DNA of 60,097 nt, filler included. It is 6 parts of 6 records of this genome, joined end to end, with 100 filler letters (N's around TTAATTAATTAA, not from the genome) between each part and the next. Parts side by side here need not be neighbours in the genome. Positions count along the whole stretch, not along the records: positions 54,266 to 60,097 come from SRR20825019_756; 5 more parts are not named here. The stretch is one strand, 5' to 3'. Under the pieces are notes generated by a model, which was not told the DNA's origin, did no database searches, and worked only from the letters and a program-made list of their open reading frames with translations. Positions 54,490 through 60,097 of the stretch are shown here, in pieces (the stretch's first letter is position 1; each line of letters opens with the position of its first letter). Both the position numbers and the translations under genes were made by a program.

Positions 54490-55179
54490 ATGATGAAGGA
54501 ATTACTAAAAACACTTCAAATAAAAGTTAACGATAAAACGTATTTAAAAGATCCCGAAACATCAGATCTTGGTAAGCGTATCGTAGAGCACAGTATCATT
54601 TTAATTAATGAAATAGGCTTTGAAGCATTTACTTTTAGAAAATTAGGGCTTAAGATAAACTCAAACGAAAGCTCTATTTATAGGTATTTTGAAAACAAGC
54701 ATAAGCTCCTACTCTATTTAACTTCTTGGTATTGGGCTTGGATAGAGTATCAAATTGTATTTGAAACCTATAGCATAGAGAATAATGTAAAGAAGTTAGA
54801 GAAGGTTATAGAGATAGTCTCTAAAAAAACAGAAAACGACTCTAAGTTCTCTCATATAAATGAAATGCTTCTAAACAAAATTGTCATCAGTGAATATTCA
54901 AAATCTTTTCTGACAAAGGAAGTTGATATAGAAAACAAGGAAGGATATTTTTCAATTTACAAAAGACTCATTTCTCGTATTAAAGATTGTATTGTAGAAG
55001 TAGATAAAAACTACCCATATCCTGCATCGTTAGCTAGTACATTGGTTGAGGGTTCTTTGCATCAATATTTCTTAGCAGATCATTTTCCAACAATCACAGA
55101 TTGTAATGACGCAACAAAACCTACAGCTTACTTTTCTCATTTAATTTTTAAAACATTAAATATTAATCTCGATGAATAA
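54490..55179 (+). CDS. TetR/AcrR family regulator
   Basis: GFEAFTFRKLG...ESSIYRYFENKHKLL. Confidence 0.9.
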   Translation: MMKELLKTLQIKVNDKTYLKDPETSDLGKRIVEHSIILINEIGFEAFTFRKLGLKINSNESSIYRYFENKHKLLLYLTSWYWAWIEYQIVFETYSIENNVKKLEKVIEIVSKKTENDSKFSHINEMLLNKIVISEYSKSFLTKEVDIENKEGYFSIYKRLISRIKDCIVEVDKNYPYPASLASTLVEGSLHQYFLADHFPTITDCNDATKPTAYFSHLIFKTLNINLDE

Positions 55180-56827
55180 AGATATGACTCCTTGGCAGCG
55201 GTTTGTAAATCTGCTAAAATTAGACAAGAGAGACCTTAGGCAAATCTTTTATTATGCTATTTTCTCAGGATTAGTAGCACTTACGCTTCCGTTAGGTATA
55301 CAAGCTATTGTAAACCTTATACAAGGTGCTCAAGTATCTACATCGTGGATAATTTTAGTAATTTTAGTTACAGTTGGCGTTGCCTTTCAAGGTATACTTC
55401 AAGTTATGCAAATACGTATTCTTGAAAATATGCAACAAAAGATCTTTACAAGGTCTTCTTTTGAATTTGCATATAGATTTCCTAAAATAAAATCAAGTGA
55501 GTTTAACCACTATTATCCGCCAGAATTAGCGAATAGGTTTTTTGACACACTTACTGTTCAGAAAGGCTTAGCTAAAATTTTATTAGACTTTCCTGCTGCA
55601 ATACTTCAAATAATATTTGGGTTAATACTGCTCTCACTTTATCACCCATTTTTTATTATTTATGGCTTACTGCTCGTTATTATGGTATATGTCGTGTTTA
55701 ACCTTACAGCTAGAAAAGGACTTATATCTAGTTTAAACGAATCTAAAAGCAAGTATGCAGTTGCACATTGGCTTCAGGAGATAGCACGTTCAATTACAAG
55801 TTTTAAACTTTCTGGGAACACATCTTTAGCAATGGACAGAAATAACAAACTAACCGAGTCTTACCTTGAGTCTAGAGAAACACACTTTAAAATCTTAATG
55901 CTTCAATTTGTGCAGATGATAGGTTTTAAGGTATTGGTTACAGCTGGATTGTTACTTATAGGAGGTCTTTTGGTACTAAACCAAGAAATGAATATTGGTC
56001 AATTTGTGGCTGCAGAAATTATAATTCTTTTAGTAATTAATTCAGTTGAAAAATTGGTTACTGGTTTAGAAAGTTTTTATGACGTCTTAACTTCCTTAGA
56101 AAAAATTGGTCAAGTAGTAGACAAAGAATTAGAGTCACAAGATGGTACAAATCCTTTTAAGAGTAATAAAGAGGCCACTATTTCATTAGATAATGTGAGC
56201 TATGTTGGTAGCACTGGAGACTCTATTTTACAAAATCTAAATTTAGAATTAAATCCTAAAGACAGAGTTTTTATAGATGGTCCATCTGGTTCTGGAAAGA
56301 CAACACTATTAAAATTACTCTCAGGAATTATTGAACCCACATCAGGATCTATTTATGTAAATGACTTTAATATAAAAGGCATGCACATGAATACATACAG
56401 ATCTCAAATTGGGCAAGTATTACCAGAACAAATGCCTTTTGAAGGTAGTATTTTAGAAAACATAACATTAGGCAACACAAACATTACTATTGATAAGGTT
56501 AACCAAACCATAAGAGATGTAGGTCTTTTAGAGTTTGTACGAAAACAACCAAGAGGCATAGAAGATTTTATTTTTTCTGAAGGTCAAAAAATACCGCATA
56601 CAGTTTCAAAGAGGCTACTTATAGCAAGAGCTATAGTGCACAATCCTAAGATATTAATTTTAAAAGATGCATTAGAGCATTTTGAAGATCACGAGGCTCA
56701 AGAACTAATTCGGTTTTTATCAGACCCAAATAGAGATTGGCTTCTAATTGTTTCTGGAAAACATACCGATTGGGAAGATGTATGCAATAAGCAGCTTTCT
56801 CTACATAAAGTTAACACTTCATCTTAA
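55172..56827 (+). CDS. T1SS-type ABC transporter (TMD+NBD) with degenerate NBD motifs
   Basis: 6 TM, IGQFVAAE, Walker A GPSGSGKTT; signature and Walker B altered. Confidence 0.88.
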   Translation: MNKDMTPWQRFVNLLKLDKRDLRQIFYYAIFSGLVALTLPLGIQAIVNLIQGAQVSTSWIILVILVTVGVAFQGILQVMQIRILENMQQKIFTRSSFEFAYRFPKIKSSEFNHYYPPELANRFFDTLTVQKGLAKILLDFPAAILQIIFGLILLSLYHPFFIIYGLLLVIMVYVVFNLTARKGLISSLNESKSKYAVAHWLQEIARSITSFKLSGNTSLAMDRNNKLTESYLESRETHFKILMLQFVQMIGFKVLVTAGLLLIGGLLVLNQEMNIGQFVAAEIIILLVINSVEKLVTGLESFYDVLTSLEKIGQVVDKELESQDGTNPFKSNKEATISLDNVSYVGSTGDSILQNLNLELNPKDRVFIDGPSGSGKTTLLKLLSGIIEPTSGSIYVNDFNIKGMHMNTYRSQIGQVLPEQMPFEGSILENITLGNTNITIDKVNQTIRDVGLLEFVRKQPRGIEDFIFSEGQKIPHTVSKRLLIARAIVHNPKILILKDALEHFEDHEAQELIRFLSDPNRDWLLIVSGKHTDWEDVCNKQLSLHKVNTSS

Positions 56828-56837
56828 GATTATATAT

Positions 56838-58181
56838 ATGCTTAACATCTCACATAATCAGCTTAACAAAAAGGTGAATTTGTCTAAATATTCAGCGTTT
56901 ACAAAGGCGCATCATATAAGGCATTTTAAATACTTTAATCAGTTTCTGTTCACCTTTGCAATTATAGGCATCATTATTCTATTTTTACCTTGGACGCAGA
57001 CAGTTACAGGAACAGGTGCAGTTACCACACTCACACCTGAGCAACGCCCACAAACTATACAGTCTCCTATTCCTGGTCGTATAGAAGAATGGTTTGTAAG
57101 AGAAGGAGATTACGTAAATAAAGGAGACACAATTCTATTTATTTCTGAAATAAAAAATGAATATCAGGATCCTAACTTAGTATTACGAACAAAGGAACAA
57201 CGTGATGCAAAGACAAATGCACTAACCTCATACAAGGAAAAAGTAAAAGCATTAGACAATCAGGTTTCTGCACTAAGAAGCGAACGTCAATTAAAAATAG
57301 AACAAGCAGAAAATAAATTAAAACAAGCCCAATACAAGGTTAAAAGTGATAGTATAGATCTTATTGCTGCCAAAACCAATAAGGATATTGCAGAGAAACA
57401 ATATAACCGAACGGTAACCTTGCAGGAAGAAGGACTAAAATCTACTGCAGATGTTGAAGACAAACGCTTAAAACTACAAGAAACAGAAGCTAAACTTATT
57501 AGCCAAGAAAATAAACTTTTAGCTAGTAAAAACGATCTTATAAATGCTCGAATAGACATAACACGTACCAGTGCAGAATATGCAGATAAAATTAGCAAAG
57601 CACAAAGCGACAAGTACACGGCATCTTCTGCACAATATGATACAGAGGCACAAATATCAAAACTTGAAAATGCTTCAACCAACTATGAGTTAAGGGATAA
57701 AATGAGGTTTATCCTGGCGCCTCAAAATGGATACATTAATAAAGCTATTAGAGCTGGTATTGGTGAAACATTTAAAGAAGGTGAACAATTGGTTGGTATT
57801 ATGCCATCAGACTATGATTTAGCTGTAGAAACCTACGTTGCACCTATTGATCTGCCTCTAATTCATGTAGGAGAACAAATACGAGTGCAGTTTGATGGTT
57901 GGCCTGCCATTATTTTTAGCGGTTGGCCAGATGCCTCTTTTGGAACTTATGGAGGAAAAGTTGTCGCGGTTGAAACATTTATAAGTCCTAACGGAAAGTT
58001 TAGAGTCCTAATAGCTCCAGATGAAACAAAGGAAACTTGGCCAAAAAATGTTAGGGTTGGTTCTGGCGCACGCACCATAGCACTGCTAAATGATGTGCCT
58101 ATCTGGTATGAATTATGGCGGAAAATTAATGGGTTTCCACCAGATTATTATACCCCAAAAACTGCAACTACATCTAAATAA
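56838..58181 (+). CDS. HlyD family membrane fusion protein
   Basis: LPWTQ, SPIPGRIEEWFVREGD, coiled coil, APQNG, FDGWP. Confidence 0.92.
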   Translation: MLNISHNQLNKKVNLSKYSAFTKAHHIRHFKYFNQFLFTFAIIGIIILFLPWTQTVTGTGAVTTLTPEQRPQTIQSPIPGRIEEWFVREGDYVNKGDTILFISEIKNEYQDPNLVLRTKEQRDAKTNALTSYKEKVKALDNQVSALRSERQLKIEQAENKLKQAQYKVKSDSIDLIAAKTNKDIAEKQYNRTVTLQEEGLKSTADVEDKRLKLQETEAKLISQENKLLASKNDLINARIDITRTSAEYADKISKAQSDKYTASSAQYDTEAQISKLENASTNYELRDKMRFILAPQNGYINKAIRAGIGETFKEGEQLVGIMPSDYDLAVETYVAPIDLPLIHVGEQIRVQFDGWPAIIFSGWPDASFGTYGGKVVAVETFISPNGKFRVLIAPDETKETWPKNVRVGSGARTIALLNDVPIWYELWRKINGFPPDYYTPKTATTSK

Positions 58182-58193
58182 ATTTTAAATCGC

Positions 58194-59603
58194 ATGTCTA
58201 AATACTTAAAAACAGTATTAGTTATTTTAGCTTTTATGGGTTGTGGTTTTGCACAGCCAACTTTAAATGAATCTATTTCTTTTGAAGAATATCTCGCTTT
58301 TGTAAAGAAGTACCATCCATTATTTAAACAAGCTAACTTAACGCTTTCTGTAGGAGAAGCAAACCTCTTAAAAGCTAGAGGTGCGTTTGATCCTAAGATT
58401 GAGGTAGATTATACACGAAAGAAATTTAAAGGCACCACATATTATGATAAATTAAATACTGCATTTAAAATTCCAACGTGGTATGGCATAGAGTTTAAAG
58501 GAAACTATGAAGATAATTCTGGAGAATTTTTAGACCCAAGTTTTACTGTCCCAGAAGATGGTTTGTATAGTGCAGGCATATCCTTTTCTTTAGCACAAGG
58601 CTTTTTAATTAATGAACGAATGGCGTCGTTAAAAAAGGCAAAATACTTCCTGTCACAATCTAAAGCAGATAGAGACCTTCTTGTAAATAATGTGTTGTAC
58701 AACGCAAGTCTCGCCTATTTTGAATGGATAGAAGCCTGGCAGGAAGAACGTATTTACGAAAGTTTTTTAGAAAACTCTACTACCAGACTTCAAGCAATTA
58801 CACGTAGTGTAGAAGAAGGTGATAAAGCAGAAATAGATATAACAGAAGCAAAGATTACGGTACAAAACAGGACGCTGGAGTTAGAAGCAGCACGTTTAAA
58901 AAGAAGAAAGGCAAAATTAAAAGCATCAAATTTTTTATGGTTAGAAAATGTACCCTTAACAATTGAAGATGCTGTAACACCGGAAATACCAAGCTTAGAA
59001 ATTCTGAAAGAAAACTTAATCCTAAGTGGTATTACAAATACTAATTTATTAGAAGAAAATCACCCTAAACTAAGAAGTTTAGAGGCTAAAATTGGCAGCT
59101 TAGAAGTAGATCGTAATTTAAAAATTAACAAACTACTACCTAAGGTAAATTTGCAATACAATTTTTTATCTACAGAATATGATAATCTAGACAGCTTTAA
59201 TACTGCAAATTATAAAGCAGCACTAAATGTAAGTGTACCAATATTGTTAAGAAAAGAACGTGGTGATTTAAAATTAGCTAACCTAAAACTAGCCGATGCA
59301 GAGCTTGAAAATCAAGCCGTATCACTAAGCCTTAAAAATAAAATTGAAGCAATTAACCTTGAGATTAATTCGCTTAGCACTCAGTACTCCTTAATTAAAG
59401 ATATTGTAGTTAATTATTCTGTCTTGGTATCTGCAGAAGAACGAAAATTTGGATTGGGAGAAAGCTCTCTGTTTTTAATAAACTCTAGAGAGCAAAAACT
59501 AATTAGTGCTAAGCTTAAGGAAAATACGCTTTCGGTTAAACAACTTACTGCGTTAGCTAAGCTTTACAATACATTAGGAATAACAGACATTACAGAAAAT
59601 TAA
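58194..59603 (+). CDS. TolC family outer membrane protein
   Basis: Signal peptide, HP..KQA, ARGAFDP, AEERKFGLGESSLFLINSRE. Confidence 0.9.
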   Translation: MSKYLKTVLVILAFMGCGFAQPTLNESISFEEYLAFVKKYHPLFKQANLTLSVGEANLLKARGAFDPKIEVDYTRKKFKGTTYYDKLNTAFKIPTWYGIEFKGNYEDNSGEFLDPSFTVPEDGLYSAGISFSLAQGFLINERMASLKKAKYFLSQSKADRDLLVNNVLYNASLAYFEWIEAWQEERIYESFLENSTTRLQAITRSVEEGDKAEIDITEAKITVQNRTLELEAARLKRRKAKLKASNFLWLENVPLTIEDAVTPEIPSLEILKENLILSGITNTNLLEENHPKLRSLEAKIGSLEVDRNLKINKLLPKVNLQYNFLSTEYDNLDSFNTANYKAALNVSVPILLRKERGDLKLANLKLADAELENQAVSLSLKNKIEAINLEINSLSTQYSLIKDIVVNYSVLVSAEERKFGLGESSLFLINSREQKLISAKLKENTLSVKQLTALAKLYNTLGITDITEN

Positions 59604-59661
59604 ATAACAGTATCTAAAAGCACCACTTAAACACACTCGTTATTACTCTTATATTTACAGT

Positions 59662-59979
59662 GTGAAATATATTACTATCATACTATCTTTTTATATGCTG
59701 GCTCTAAACTTTGTCCCTTGTGGAGATGACAAACCAGAGCCTAAAGAAGATACTTATGAAACCTGTCAAGAGGTACAAAGTACAGATTCACATGATCATA
59801 GTGATACAGATATTTGTTCGCCATTTTGTATTTGTCATTGTTGCCAAATACATACCATAGATTTTAAATTACCTAATCTTGAGCCTGCTATTCCACTAGC
59901 ATTTCAAGATGTATTCATCTATTTTGAAGGTCACGTAAACACCTACAACACTTCTATCCTACAACCACCACGAGTTTAA
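59662..59979 (+). CDS. Small Cys/His-rich protein (DUF6660-like)
   Basis: Hydrophobic N-terminus, PC.D, HDHSDTDICSPFCICHCC, C-terminal ILQPPRV. Confidence 0.75.
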   Translation: MKYITIILSFYMLALNFVPCGDDKPEPKEDTYETCQEVQSTDSHDHSDTDICSPFCICHCCQIHTIDFKLPNLEPAIPLAFQDVFIYFEGHVNTYNTSILQPPRV

Positions 59980-60068
59980 TTCAGTATAGGGACACCTACG
60001 TCCAATCGAGATTTCTCTTTTTTAAATAATAGAGGGATTTAAATTATAACTGAATAAATTCAATTTCC

Positions 60069-60097
60069 ATGATTAATAAAATCATTGATTTTTCAAT
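60069..60097 (+). CDS. Start of a CusA/CzcA-family heavy-metal RND transporter (partial)
   Basis: MINKIIDFS resembles the typical N-terminus; only 9 codons visible. Confidence 0.5.

Overview
This window is not one genome. It is six unrelated contigs joined by artificial 100-nt linkers (N44-TTAATTAATTAA-N44). (1) 1-13984, high-GC Rhodobacteraceae-like: a LysR-controlled catabolic cluster (two FAD oxidoreductases, hydantoinase/oxoprolinase A+B, opine-oxidase-like subunits, aldehyde DH, tartrate DH, gabD), then rnhB and ccrM. (2) 14085-21476, Rhodospirillales/Thalassospira-like housekeeping genes: gpsA, tsaD, hemC-hemD-alphaMic60-hemY, purH. (3) 21577-30424, rhizobial-like island after a tRNA-Gln 3' end: decayed TRAP and ISL3 fragments, an ABC importer plus 2OG-Fe(II) oxygenase, and a divergent HTH-PfkB kinase and crotonase. 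(4) 30525-45012, a eukaryotic contig with five spliced genes that I reconstructed by hand (22 GT-AG introns, mostly 46-62 nt) and extremely GC-rich promoter-side spacers. The genes are a 12-TM class III cyclase with inverted C2/C1 order but ATP-specifying residues, a GH95-like glycosidase, TRM1, an alpha-amylase, and a 3xWxHD-RGG-SAM protein whose key exon the ORF track misses. (5) 45113-54165, Rhodospirillales-like: petBC, an MHYT/heme-PAS hybrid kinase with an HD-GYP regulator, mtnP, TPR and HAD genes. (6) 54266-60097, Flavobacteriaceae-like: tRNA end, TetR-ABC-HlyD-TolC, and a Cys/His-rich QPP-ending small protein before a cusA/czcA start. The most novel signals are in contig 4 (WxHD-SAM protein, inverted adenylyl cyclase, GC blocks, candidate ncRNA), contig 3 (kinase-repressor/oxygenase cluster) and contig 6 (putative metal-sensing arrest leader). 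Taxonomic labels are inferred from composition and protein style only.
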